Shown here in pieces: positions 28,355 to 36,854 of a stretch of DNA of 64,000 bases (the stretch's first letter is position 1; the number at the start of each line of letters is the position of its first letter). The position numbers were made by a program, and so were the translations under genes. Below the pieces are notes generated by a model. It was given only the letters and a program-made list of their open reading frames with translations, was not told the origin of the DNA and ran no database searches. This DNA comes from Actinomycetota bacterium (GTDB lineage Bacteria > Actinomycetota > CADDZG01 > WHSQ01): NCBI GenBank assembly GCA_035536775.1, contig DATLNM010000037.1, positions 28,526 through 92,525 of the forward strand, read 5' to 3'.

Positions 28355-30111
28355 CTGTTGTTAGGACTTGCTACCTGACTCCAAGTAATACGCATCGCCG
28401 GGAATAGGACCTCAAACCAATGATGCTCTCCCCGATAGCGCGGCGGCACTTCGAAAGAAGCCTTGCCTGCCGAGTCAGATGCAGCTGCTCCCAGGTAGTG
28501 GTCATCCGCGTAGAACTGGATAGCGCGTCCCGTTATCGGAGACTCCGCGTCTGGATCCGTCAGTGTCGCCATCACTGTCCGGTCGGCTCCCGGTTTGCCT
28601 ACATCGATTGATGTGATCGTGTCCTCTTGTTCAACAACAAAGGGAGTGACCATCTCAGAGCCCGCGTATTCGGATGGCCCCCCCTCGTATCGCGCGGAAA
28701 GAACGTATGAGCCAGGGCGCTCCCAAAGAAACATCTGGCAGACCGCGATACCGGAAGAGTCAGTGATGCCCTGCTCGCTAAAGACTTCAGCACCTCCCTC
28801 AGTCCTGAGACTGAAGGTGATCGAAGCACCCTCTATGGGGTTCCCGTCCTCATCGACCAGACTCGCAGAAAAAGTCGCGGCATCCGAGAACTGAGCGGAG
28901 TTCGGAGATGCCTGCTCAAACTCCAGGGTGGTTTCAGTCGGCACAGTAGGAGCCGAGATGCCCGGTAGCGATCCATCCCATCGAAATACTCGGCCGTCTC
29001 GCGCCCCGAGATAGACCCGACCTTCGAGGAATCCAATGCTCCACGCGTCGTCCGGCACGGCTCCGATCCCCACGTAGTCACTCGGGCCAAGCTGGTCGAG
29101 GTCAACCTCACCGAATTCCATCGCCCCGTCCTGGAGGCGACGCAGAACGTAGGCAACCTCTCGTCCTGAATCATCCTTGCCTCCCGTAAGATCAACGGCT
29201 TGATCAACGATCGACAGCGCGTTCGACACCCCGTCGAAGCGCATCAACGTTCCCACTGATTCGGGGCGATCGCGACGACTAAAGAACTGGCGCGCGATGT
29301 AAACCGCTTCACCAGCGACCACCTCATCCCGATAGCTGGGACCAGGTGCGCCGAGCGATAGAGGAGAGGGCGCCCAGTCTTGACCGTCATAGGACCAAGA
29401 GAGTTGCCTCGTCTGGTCGGAGAACCAAACCTTCCCGTTCGCTTGGACGAACCCGTAGCCCAGCAAGGGGCTAACGACCTGCGTGGGGGGCTCGCAGGCC
29501 CACCGCCCCGCGAGTCCATCCCTGGTTCCCGCGACGACCTTCCCATCAAGGGGCCCACCGCATGAACTCAAAGAGCCCGTAGTGCCGAAGGCGCTTGCTG
29601 CAGCTGTCCCCACAAGGAAATAGTCATCAGGTCCGTGGCCGGCGACATCGAAGACGTGGGAAAGGCTGACACCGACGGACTCGCGATCGGCCCACGAGTC
29701 AGCTGTGCGAACCGCGAACTCGGGGCCTTCGACTCGCCCATGAGCATCGGCAAAGGGGGTGAAGAGTGACCCTCCAATGTTCTTGAAGAGGCCGATCTCC
29801 TCGGTGGCAGCAACGTGTTCGGTAACCCATTCGGACACGGAAGGGTCCCAAGCCGCGATCGTGATGGGCCCGGTGTTGGCCGCAAAGTCACCGTAACCGG
29901 CATAAAGGCGTCCCTCAAAACCTTCGAGGGTGTGGATCGTCCTTGCATGTTGCGTCGGTTGATCTGGCGCGGTCGGGTGGAGCGGAAGCAGGGTCCAAGA
30001 CTCCCCGGCGTGGGCAGCCGGGGGGCCTGGCACGATGCAGCTGAGAGTCAGAAAAGTCAGAACCAGCAGGGTCCGACACACGCCGCGGCGCATTCGCTTG
30101 GGAATCTTCAT
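28300..30111 (-). CDS. Secreted protein of unknown function: N-terminal propeller-like region plus two C-terminal Ig-like (invasin/Big-like) domains
   Basis: Signal peptide MKIPKRMRRGVCRTLLVLTFLTLSCIVPGPPAAHA. Ig-like repeats ATFSASLVDEDGNPIEGASITFSL...SGIAVC and VMATLTDPDAESPITGRAIQFYAD...GKASFEV. The last 55 nt are antisense to tRNA-Arg. Confidence 0.6.
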   Translation of the reverse strand: MKIPKRMRRGVCRTLLVLTFLTLSCIVPGPPAAHAGESWTLLPLHPTAPDQPTQHARTIHTLEGFEGRLYAGYGDFAANTGPITIAAWDPSVSEWVTEHVAATEEIGLFKNIGGSLFTPFADAHGRVEGPEFAVRTADSWADRESVGVSLSHVFDVAGHGPDDYFLVGTAAASAFGTTGSLSSCGGPLDGKVVAGTRDGLAGRWACEPPTQVVSPLLGYGFVQANGKVWFSDQTRQLSWSYDGQDWAPSPLSLGAPGPSYRDEVVAGEAVYIARQFFSRRDRPESVGTLMRFDGVSNALSIVDQAVDLTGGKDDSGREVAYVLRRLQDGAMEFGEVDLDQLGPSDYVGIGAVPDDAWSIGFLEGRVYLGARDGRVFRWDGSLPGISAPTVPTETTLEFEQASPNSAQFSDAATFSASLVDEDGNPIEGASITFSLRTEGGAEVFSEQGITDSSGIAVCQMFLWERPGSYVLSARYEGGPSEYAGSEMVTPFVVEQEDTITSIDVGKPGADRTVMATLTDPDAESPITGRAIQFYADDHYLGAAASDSAGKASFEVPPRYRGEHHWFEVLFPAMRITWSQVASPNNSTPGGIRTPDLPVRSRTL

Positions 30112-30151
30112 AGCCGTCTCGCTAACTCGCGCTATTCGAAATCTTCCGCCG

Positions 30152-30640
30152 CTAACGCCGGACTCCAGCCTTGTAGGTGAAGGTCGCGGCGACTCCGCCT
30201 GGAGGCGTCATCCCTCCATCAGCGAACATGCAAACGATCGCTTTCTCAGCGGTCCTGGGAACCAATCCCTTCTCACCCGCGGTATTGCGATCCGCGTACG
30301 TCCTGTTCGCCGGAGATGTGGACGGGTCCAGGTCGCCGAAGTCGTAGTAGAAAGTGATGTCGAGGTCAACAGTGCCTTGCCCCCCGGTCGGCTCGAGCAC
30401 GAAGCGCTTGTTCCAGGTAGCGGAGTCGATATCGAAGACGTAGCCCGTCACACCATTGATCGCACCATTCGATGCGATCGCCAACCTCCTAGCCAGACCT
30501 GGGTAGCACGTACCGTCCGGGTAGGTAGCCGATATAGCCACGCTGCCTTCGACTCTCTGACCTGTTTGTGCTGCCTGCGACGCCAACGGCACCAACGCAA
30601 CCACGGTGGCCAGCCCAACTGCGCTAAACATCCTTCTCAT
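30152..30640 (-). CDS. Small secreted protein, unknown function
   Basis: 162 aa with signal peptide MRRMFSAVGLATVVALVPLASQAA. No motif I recognise. Same strand as, and tightly spaced with, its flanking genes. Confidence 0.55.
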   Translation of the reverse strand: MRRMFSAVGLATVVALVPLASQAAQTGQRVEGSVAISATYPDGTCYPGLARRLAIASNGAINGVTGYVFDIDSATWNKRFVLEPTGGQGTVDLDITFYYDFGDLDPSTSPANRTYADRNTAGEKGLVPRTAEKAIVCMFADGGMTPPGGVAATFTYKAGVRR

Positions 30641-30682
30641 TTCAGCCTCCTGTCCGCACGGTCGCCCGCGCGTTACCGGCGA

Positions 30683-32356
30683 TCAACTGGGTGGCGTCTT
30701 GAAACGAGGGCCTCTGACCTGCACCGCGACGGAACCGCGGGATGAGAAGCCCTCCGAATCAGGAACCGGCTCCGGGCAACTCTCGAGGCAAAGATCCACG
30801 AATGAAACCCAGATCCGCCCGTCCATGGGACTCACTGCGATCCCAGCGTAGTCATACATACCTTCGGGAACCGATGGCTGAGCGCAGGACTGCTCCTGAA
30901 CACACCCATTCCAAGCTCTTTCGTAGCAGCGGTCGTCACAGGGGCCACGTTTCAGTGGATCGGAGGGCACATTTGCAAGTGCTGTCGCGAACACCGGCGA
31001 CTCGGAGAAGACGTCGAGCGATGTACCTATGTAACCGTTCCAGATCGCGTTCGCCTTGTCCTCATCCACAGCTTGATGACCCCCGGGGACGTTCGATGCG
31101 ACATAGAAGAAGGCGACTTGGCCCGGACGGCCTACGGAGATCGCAGGGTTGTTGGCGGCCGTGAGCCCGGGCAAGCTCGCGCGCATCGGTTCGCTCCACG
31201 TCTTGCCAGAATCGCGGCTGAACGCGAGTCTCGGGAGACTTTCCTCACCGAGCCAGACATAGTACGCGTTCCCCGCTTGGTCGACCACGATCTGACCATG
31301 GTTGGCGGAGAAAGGCCGGTCCACCCCAGGTCCTACTTCGACCTGTTCCCAGGCATCCCCGCCGTCATGGCTAACAGCAACGCGCGCCTTGCCCGCAACC
31401 GTACGAGGCACATAAAGGGTCCCGTGGACTGGTGACGCGGCGGCAAACCCAATCGTGTGTCCCGAGGGGCCGAGGTTGTCCGGATAAGGCAGAGCTGTGG
31501 GGGTCCACACCGAGCCACCGTTAGTGCTGCGCTTGCATCTGACAGATATCAAGCCGTTGTAGCAGAGATAGAGAACGGTTGGATAGCCGCTCGTGGTGAT
31601 TCCGGCAGGGGCGGGGCCCGAGAACAGAGTTGGTTTGTCGGTTCCGGGACCCTCGTCGCAGACGCGCGTGAAGTCCCAGGAGGCGCCGTCATCATCGGTC
31701 CAGTGGATGAGAGTGCAACCGCCTGTATAGACCCCGAAGAAGAACCGGCCCGCGATCCGATCGAGGTAGGTGATCGGGTCCCCGCCTTGGAGCGTCTCTG
31801 CGACCGCGATGGCTGGAAGCTTCCCAGCGATGTCTTCCCAGCTGTTCCCTTGGTCCTTACTTTGGAACAGGTAGAAACGCCGATCAACACCGAGAGCGTT
31901 CTCAGGGTAGGGCGCTCCGCGCGTATAGACGCTCGGGAAGTAGGCGGTGCCATCGGGGGCGAACCCGACCTGGGGTTCAACGGCCGGCCTGTCGGAAACG
32001 TAACGCTGCACGAAGCTCGGTAGGCCGCCCTTGAAAGCACTTCGTGGCAGGACGTTGTCGTGAGCGTCGTGAACAACTGCCGCTTGCGTCGGGACCGCGG
32101 TGGCCGGGGGTGCTTCCGGAGGGGGACCAGAATCTCGGGGTCCCACGTGCCACGGTGCCGCGAGCCGCAACTCGCCGCCGACCGAATAATGGGTTGGGCT
32201 GGAACCGTGGCCCAGGTTTGCCAATAGAAGAGTGCTGGCAAGAACACAGCGGATCGCTGTGCCAATGGATCGCTCAAGCACCGCTCGGCTGTTTGGCGGT
32301 TTGCTCACGCGCGCGCTGCCATCCGAATATCGCCGCTTAGAAATAGATGAGTGCAT
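30683..32356 (-). CDS. Secreted BNR/Asp-box repeat protein (sialidase-superfamily beta-propeller), Cys-rich C-terminus
   Basis: Five Asp-boxes: SKDQGNSW, TDDDGASW, STNGGSVW, SHDGGDAW, SRDSGKTW. N-terminal hydrophobic signal. Confidence 0.8.
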   Translation of the reverse strand: MHSSISKRRYSDGSARVSKPPNSRAVLERSIGTAIRCVLASTLLLANLGHGSSPTHYSVGGELRLAAPWHVGPRDSGPPPEAPPATAVPTQAAVVHDAHDNVLPRSAFKGGLPSFVQRYVSDRPAVEPQVGFAPDGTAYFPSVYTRGAPYPENALGVDRRFYLFQSKDQGNSWEDIAGKLPAIAVAETLQGGDPITYLDRIAGRFFFGVYTGGCTLIHWTDDDGASWDFTRVCDEGPGTDKPTLFSGPAPAGITTSGYPTVLYLCYNGLISVRCKRSTNGGSVWTPTALPYPDNLGPSGHTIGFAAASPVHGTLYVPRTVAGKARVAVSHDGGDAWEQVEVGPGVDRPFSANHGQIVVDQAGNAYYVWLGEESLPRLAFSRDSGKTWSEPMRASLPGLTAANNPAISVGRPGQVAFFYVASNVPGGHQAVDEDKANAIWNGYIGTSLDVFSESPVFATALANVPSDPLKRGPCDDRCYERAWNGCVQEQSCAQPSVPEGMYDYAGIAVSPMDGRIWVSFVDLCLESCPEPVPDSEGFSSRGSVAVQVRGPRFKTPPS

Positions 32357-32523
32357 CTGTGTGCTCCATTTGCAAGCCTGGTTGTCTGGCTCGGGATTTG
32401 CCCCTCCAGTTCCTGCTCCTCGCAGAGAGTTAGTTGGATGGGGGAAGAACCTCTCCCCCCGCCTAGGTAGGCGTATTTACGCCAATGGCATAAAGTACTG
32501 CCCAAAGGCGAGGAGGGGTAAGT

Positions 32524-33525
32524 GTGCTCACCGATCTAGGGCTCACCAGTGAAGAAGAGCAGCTCTACAGGTGGCTCCTTGGTCGCCTCGAACCGTCGAC
32601 GCCCGAGATGGCAGCATCCGCAAACTTGGATGCAAAGAGGCCACTAAGAACCTTCGAAAAACTGGAATCCAAGGGGTTGGTGTCGAGGCTTCCCTCAGAA
32701 GACCTCACTTTCAGTGCCGTCGCGCCCGACGTTGGTCTTGAACCCCTACTCCATTCCCGCACCCAAGAGCTGCTCGCCGTCAAATCCGAGATCGAGAGCT
32801 TGCAGGAGGATTACAGGAGGGCGGCTCGTCAAAGAAGCGAAGGCCTTCCAATACACCTTGTCCGAGGCGTCGACGCCGTTGCGATGGCACTCAGGCAAGT
32901 TGCGAATTCAGTGACCGAACAAATCCTTGTCCTTGACCGTCCCCCTTACGCGATCTATCGCAATCCCGAGCAACTGGAACATCTCGAGCGAGGTATTCGC
33001 TACAGAACTATCTATGACAGACAGGCTCTGGAGGATGAGGGCTACGTGGATTGGATCCTCACACTGGCCGCGGCGGGCGAACGCGCGCGCGTGCTGGACA
33101 AGATCCCCATGAAGATGATGCTTGTCGACAAGCGCAGGGCAATGCTTCCACTCGACCCCGGAAGGGGGCGGCCCGTCGATCAAGGGCTCATCGTCGAATC
33201 GCCTGAGGTCATCGAACTACTAAGTGCGACGTTCGAAAGCCTATGGTCCCGCGCTGTGCCGATGGAGGTGGCCGAACGAGGGGGGACTGAAGACGGAAGC
33301 GATTTAGGCCAGATGGAAACTCGGATCCTCATGATGATGTCGGCGGGAATAAAGGACCGCGCAATCGCTAATCAGCTCGGTGTGGGACATCGCACTGTCC
33401 AGAGGAAGATCCAGCAGCTGATGCAGCAGATGGGCGCCAGCACACGATTCCAAGCGGGAATTCAGGCAGCTCATCAGGGCTGGATCAAGCTGGATCAAGA
33501 GGGCAGCCACCGATCGCTGACGTGA
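32524..33525 (+). CDS. Transcriptional regulator with N-terminal TrmB-like wHTH and C-terminal LuxR-type HTH
   Basis: RBS gaggagggg then GTG. N-terminus LGLTSEEEQLYRWLLGR...LESKGLVSRL. C-terminus ETRILMMMSAGIKDRAIANQLGVGHRTVQRKIQQLMQQMGASTRFQAG. Confidence 0.8.
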   Translation: MLTDLGLTSEEEQLYRWLLGRLEPSTPEMAASANLDAKRPLRTFEKLESKGLVSRLPSEDLTFSAVAPDVGLEPLLHSRTQELLAVKSEIESLQEDYRRAARQRSEGLPIHLVRGVDAVAMALRQVANSVTEQILVLDRPPYAIYRNPEQLEHLERGIRYRTIYDRQALEDEGYVDWILTLAAAGERARVLDKIPMKMMLVDKRRAMLPLDPGRGRPVDQGLIVESPEVIELLSATFESLWSRAVPMEVAERGGTEDGSDLGQMETRILMMMSAGIKDRAIANQLGVGHRTVQRKIQQLMQQMGASTRFQAGIQAAHQGWIKLDQEGSHRSLT

Positions 33526-33608
33526 TGCCCAGGCCCCCTCCGGCGTACTGTTATCTCCAGAGTCGTTGAGTCGACGTCGGTGTGCCGCTCCGAGGGGGTA
33601 CCCAAGCC

Positions 33609-34280
33609 ATGGGAATCATGAGATCGCTTGCCGAGCAGCGATGGAAGCACATCGTCTCTCAAGCGGAGCCGTTCCTCCCCGAGGGGGACGAGGTCATCCT
33701 CTGGGTTCGGGCACGCCACCCCGGTCACCGCGGTGAGGGCTTCGCGTACCTCTCCTCGACTCGGTTCATATCGCTGCTGACCGGCCGCAACGGCTCCCAC
33801 AAAGTGGTCGAGCTCGAGAACATCGAGCGCTGGGGCGCCGATCACGAGGCCAAAGGCGGTCCTCTTCTTCGTATCGAGTCCGCCGACGACGAGGTCGTCA
33901 TCAAGATGCCCGTGGCGACTCCCGCCACCGCGATGAAGGTCAGGGACTTCCTTGCGAACTTCTCGCGCTCGGTGCCCAGCCCCCCCGGCGGACTGAGGCG
34001 CGCGGACGAGGAGTTCGTGATCGACGACGTGACGGTTCCGGTGTATCGGCGGTCCGTCGCCGATCAGACGAAGCGGATAGCGGTGACGACGATCGGGGCG
34101 ATCTTGGTCGTCGCGGGGATCCTCATCACTCCCCTTCCTGGCCCGTGGTCGTTCCCCATCATCTTCGCCGGCTTGGCGGTGCTGTCGTCCGAGTACGACT
34201 GGGCTCAGGACCTCAGGACTTGGGGGAAGCAGAAGTACACGCAGACGAAGAACCGTCTGACCCGGCGCCCGGCGGAGTGA
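33609..34280 (+). CDS. PGPGW-motif transmembrane protein (TIGR02611-like) with N-terminal soluble domain
   Basis: RBS gaggggg then ATG 33609. C-terminus ILITPLPGPWSFPIIFAGLAVLSSEYDWAQ. Confidence 0.7.
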   Translation: MGIMRSLAEQRWKHIVSQAEPFLPEGDEVILWVRARHPGHRGEGFAYLSSTRFISLLTGRNGSHKVVELENIERWGADHEAKGGPLLRIESADDEVVIKMPVATPATAMKVRDFLANFSRSVPSPPGGLRRADEEFVIDDVTVPVYRRSVADQTKRIAVTTIGAILVVAGILITPLPGPWSFPIIFAGLAVLSSEYDWAQDLRTWGKQKYTQTKNRLTRRPAE

Positions 34281-34762
34281 GCGCGGGAGCGCCAGGCGAC
34301 GAGCATTTCATGGCGGCCGCACTCGAGGAGGCAGCCGGCGCGCTCGGCCATGACGACGTCCCGATAGGCGCTGTGCTCGTGCGCGACGGCGCGATCGTCG
34401 CCAGGGCGCGCAACGAACGCGAGCTCGCGCAGGATCCGACCGCGCATGCGGAGATCATCGTGTTGCGACGCGCGTCGGAGGAGCTGCGCACGAGGCGTCT
34501 GGAGGGCTCGACGTTGTATGTCACTCTCGAGCCGTGCGCGATGTGCGCGGGAGCTCTCCTGCTCGCACGTGTCGATAGGCTCGTTTACGGCGCGTCCGAC
34601 CCGAGGGCGGGTGCCGCGTTCTCGCTCTACAACATCCCGCAGGACCCGCGGCTGAACCACTTCGTCGAGATCGAGCCGGGGGTCATGGCCGAGGATTCGG
34701 CGGTGCTGTTGAACGGATTCTTCGAACGCCGTCGCGCCGTCTCCGACGGAGGCAGCGGGTAG
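34277..34762 (+). CDS. tadA: tRNA adenosine(34) deaminase TadA
   Basis: GTG 34277 overlaps the upstream stop (GTGA). DEHFMAAALEEA..., HAEIIVLR, TLEPCAMCAGAL. Confidence 0.9.
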   Translation: MSAGAPGDEHFMAAALEEAAGALGHDDVPIGAVLVRDGAIVARARNERELAQDPTAHAEIIVLRRASEELRTRRLEGSTLYVTLEPCAMCAGALLLARVDRLVYGASDPRAGAAFSLYNIPQDPRLNHFVEIEPGVMAEDSAVLLNGFFERRRAVSDGGSG

Positions 34763-34797
34763 GCTTGCCCATCCCGGGCCGGGATCGGCCGGGACCT

Positions 34798-34885
34798 GGT
34801 GGGGTACCGAAGCGGCCATAACGGGATCGCCTCGAAAGCGATTGGGGGTTCACGCCCCCCGCGGGTTCAAATCCCGCCCCCACCG
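34798..34885 (+). tRNA. tRNA-Ser (anticodon CGA), long variable arm
   Basis: Acceptor GGTGGGG/CCCCACC, anticodon stem-loop atcgc-CTCGAAA-gcgat, T arm gcggg-ttcaaat-cccgc. Confidence 0.9.
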
Positions 34886-34903
34886 CCCAGCAGCCGCTCT
34901 CCG

Positions 34904-36415
34904 TCACCCTATGGGGGAGCAGGGAGCTCCACCTCTTTGGATCAGCGCAACCTGCCCGCGCTGAACGGTCATGCAACTGCGCTCGCCGTCGGGCCACGTC
35001 ACGACAACGTCGGCAACCGTCGACGTCCCGATCCCGAACAGCGTTCGGCCGGGACTCGACTGGCTGTGAAACACGACCTCGTCCGTCAGCTCGTCCGTCT
35101 GGACGATGCCATCAGCAGTCACTTCAACGTGCGCCCCGAGCCCCCATGGGTTCCACGACCCATCGGACACCTGCACGCCCACGGTAGCTCCCGCCGTGAC
35201 CTGGGCGAGCGCTATCGGCCGTGCAGCGTCTTCGAGGTAGCCGGCGGTCACGAGGACATCCGGGATGAGGTCACCGTCTAGGTCGCCGATCGTGGCGTCC
35301 TCCCCGTTGCCATTGGCAACGCGATGCAGCTTTGTCGGCGCGACGAATGCCCCGCCTGCTTGCTCGATAAGCAGATCCGGTCTGTCCGCGGCCTCCTCAC
35401 CGGCCGGATCGTCGAGGGGCGACCTGCCGGTCCGTCCTTGAACGACGACGATGTCCAAGTCGCCGTCGCTTCCGATGTCGATCCACTTCCCGGCGCGTCC
35501 GGCAGCGAGCCGCCACGTCGCTACCTCGACCAAGCTCTGCCCCTCGAGGTTGCGCAACACGGCGGCGCGCCGACGGCCAGTGACGAGGAGGTCCCCCCAG
35601 CCATCGCCGTCATAGTCGCCCCACGCTGCCGACAAGAGTTCGACGCCGCTCACCCCGTCGATCCGACGTGACGAGAAGCTCGCGTCGGTGTTCTCCAGAA
35701 AGACCGATCCGACGTAACCATGTCCGAGGACCACGAGGTCCGGATCGCCATCCCTGTCCCAGTCGGACCAACTCGAGCTGACTGTGCCCATCTCGAGGTC
35801 CACGCCCGCGTCGGCGATCTCGAAGCCGCCCCTCGTGTTCTGGAACATGACATTCGGGTGACCGCGTCTCTCCTCGTTTCCGACGAAGAGGTCGAGATCA
35901 CCATCCGAGTCGTAGTCCAGCCAGTTGATCGAGCGCCCCCGCCCCAATTCGTCCCGGACACCCCAGCGACGCGCGACATCCCTCAGCCCGCCGTCTTCTT
36001 GGAGCAGGAGCTGGTTGGGCCCGGTGCCCTCGCCACCCCGCGCACCTGAAACGCAATAGAGATCGGGCTCGGGATGGCCGTCGGCCTCGCCGAACGCGCA
36101 AGTGTGACGGTCGTAGTAGCTCTGGCCGCGGGGCGCGTCCTCCAAGGCCGGGTACCGGACCCGCCGCAAACCTCGCTCGGAGCCCAAGAACACCTTCGGT
36201 GACTTGAGATGCCGGCCGAGGAGGAGGTCGCTCCAACCGTCGGAGTCGATATCCGCGATGACTGCCCCCCAGGTCCTCGTGGGGCGACCTGCGATACCCC
36301 AATCGTCGGCGACCCTTCGGAAATGGCGTGTGCCGCCCCCCGAGGCAGGACCTGGCGGCAGCGCCATGAGGAGTGCCACTCCGGCGGCAACCAACCGTCC
36401 AACATTGATGCTCAT
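34904..36415 (-). CDS. Secreted FG-GAP/VCBS repeat protein with ASPIC/UnbV-like C-terminus (CRTAC1 family)
   Basis: Signal peptide MSINVGRLVAAGVALLMALPPGPASG. Repeated DxDxDGxxD motifs (DIDSDGWSDLLLG, DYDSDGDLDLFVGN, DWDRDGDPDLVV, DYDGDGWGDLLV, DIGSDGDLDIVVV). Confidence 0.85.
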   Translation of the reverse strand: MSINVGRLVAAGVALLMALPPGPASGGGTRHFRRVADDWGIAGRPTRTWGAVIADIDSDGWSDLLLGRHLKSPKVFLGSERGLRRVRYPALEDAPRGQSYYDRHTCAFGEADGHPEPDLYCVSGARGGEGTGPNQLLLQEDGGLRDVARRWGVRDELGRGRSINWLDYDSDGDLDLFVGNEERRGHPNVMFQNTRGGFEIADAGVDLEMGTVSSSWSDWDRDGDPDLVVLGHGYVGSVFLENTDASFSSRRIDGVSGVELLSAAWGDYDGDGWGDLLVTGRRRAAVLRNLEGQSLVEVATWRLAAGRAGKWIDIGSDGDLDIVVVQGRTGRSPLDDPAGEEAADRPDLLIEQAGGAFVAPTKLHRVANGNGEDATIGDLDGDLIPDVLVTAGYLEDAARPIALAQVTAGATVGVQVSDGSWNPWGLGAHVEVTADGIVQTDELTDEVVFHSQSSPGRTLFGIGTSTVADVVVTWPDGERSCMTVQRGQVALIQRGGAPCSPIG

Positions 36416-36418
36416 GAG

Positions 36419-36503
36419 CGGAGGCGAAGGGATTTGAACCCTTGGACCCTCTCAGGTCACACGATTTCCAGTCGTGCCGATTCGGCCGCTCTCGCACGCC
36501 TCC
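36419..36503 (-). tRNA. tRNA-Ser (anticodon GGA), long variable arm
   Basis: Reverse complement reads GGAGGCG...cacga-CTGGAAA-tcgtg...aaggg-ttcaaat-ccctt-CGCCTCC-G. A TAAACT -10 box lies 7 nt upstream of the 5' end. Confidence 0.9.
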
Positions 36504-36560
36504 GGGCGGGAGTTTAGTGCCGCCCCGATCGCTCGAGACTCGCGGAGCGTTATCCTGTCC

Positions 36561-36836
36561 CCGGCCGTGCTAGGCGGGGGGCTCGGGGTCCCCTGTACCG
36601 GAAACCCTCGATACGCCGGGCTGACTACTCGTCCGCGGCTTCCTGTGTGACCGGGCAGCTCCCGGTGTGCAGCGTTGATGGTCGGGTCCTGCGCGACCCG
36701 GAGCCGTGAACCCGGTCAGGCCCGGAAGGGAGCAGCCGTAAGCGGTGTCCCGGGAGTGCCGCAGGGCAGCCCGGCCGGAGCCGGCTGCCGGGGAAGCGAC
36801 GGCCACCAGGAAGTCCAGGACGGGGCGCACGGCCAT
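36561..36836 (+). ncRNA. ffs: Signal recognition particle RNA, long (Bacillus-type, Alu-domain-containing) form; ends are about +/-10 nt
   Basis: Domain IV motif cccggtcaggcccggaagggagcagccgtaagc. 5' Alu-like segment ccGTGCTAGGCGGGGGGCTCGGGGTCCCCTGTACCGGAAACCC resembles B. subtilis scRNA GUGCUAGGUGGGGAGG...CCCUGUACC. The 5' ggccgtgc pairs with the 3' gcacggcc. A TATCCT -10 box lies upstream, and the element sits in the classic position before dnaX. Confidence 0.8.
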
Positions 36837-36854
36837 TTCTATATCCTGCGGGAC

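Noticed and set aside
32476-32489. GGCGTA-tt-TACGCC inverted repeat as the LuxR-type regulator's operator
   Set aside because: The arms are only 6 bp, which is expected by chance in a 167-nt spacer. It is mentioned only inside the module finding and not called as a feature.
28355-33525. Classical tRNA-integrated genomic island or prophage
   Set aside because: There is no integrase, excisionase, transposase or phage gene. By eye I found no direct repeat of the tRNA-Arg 3' half at the far end. I kept it only as a compositionally atypical accessory module.
36675-36854. 60-codon upstream extension of dnaX
   Set aside because: It would be translated through the SRP RNA gene. The canonical DnaX N-terminus (MSHLSLYRKYRPQTF) starts at 36855.
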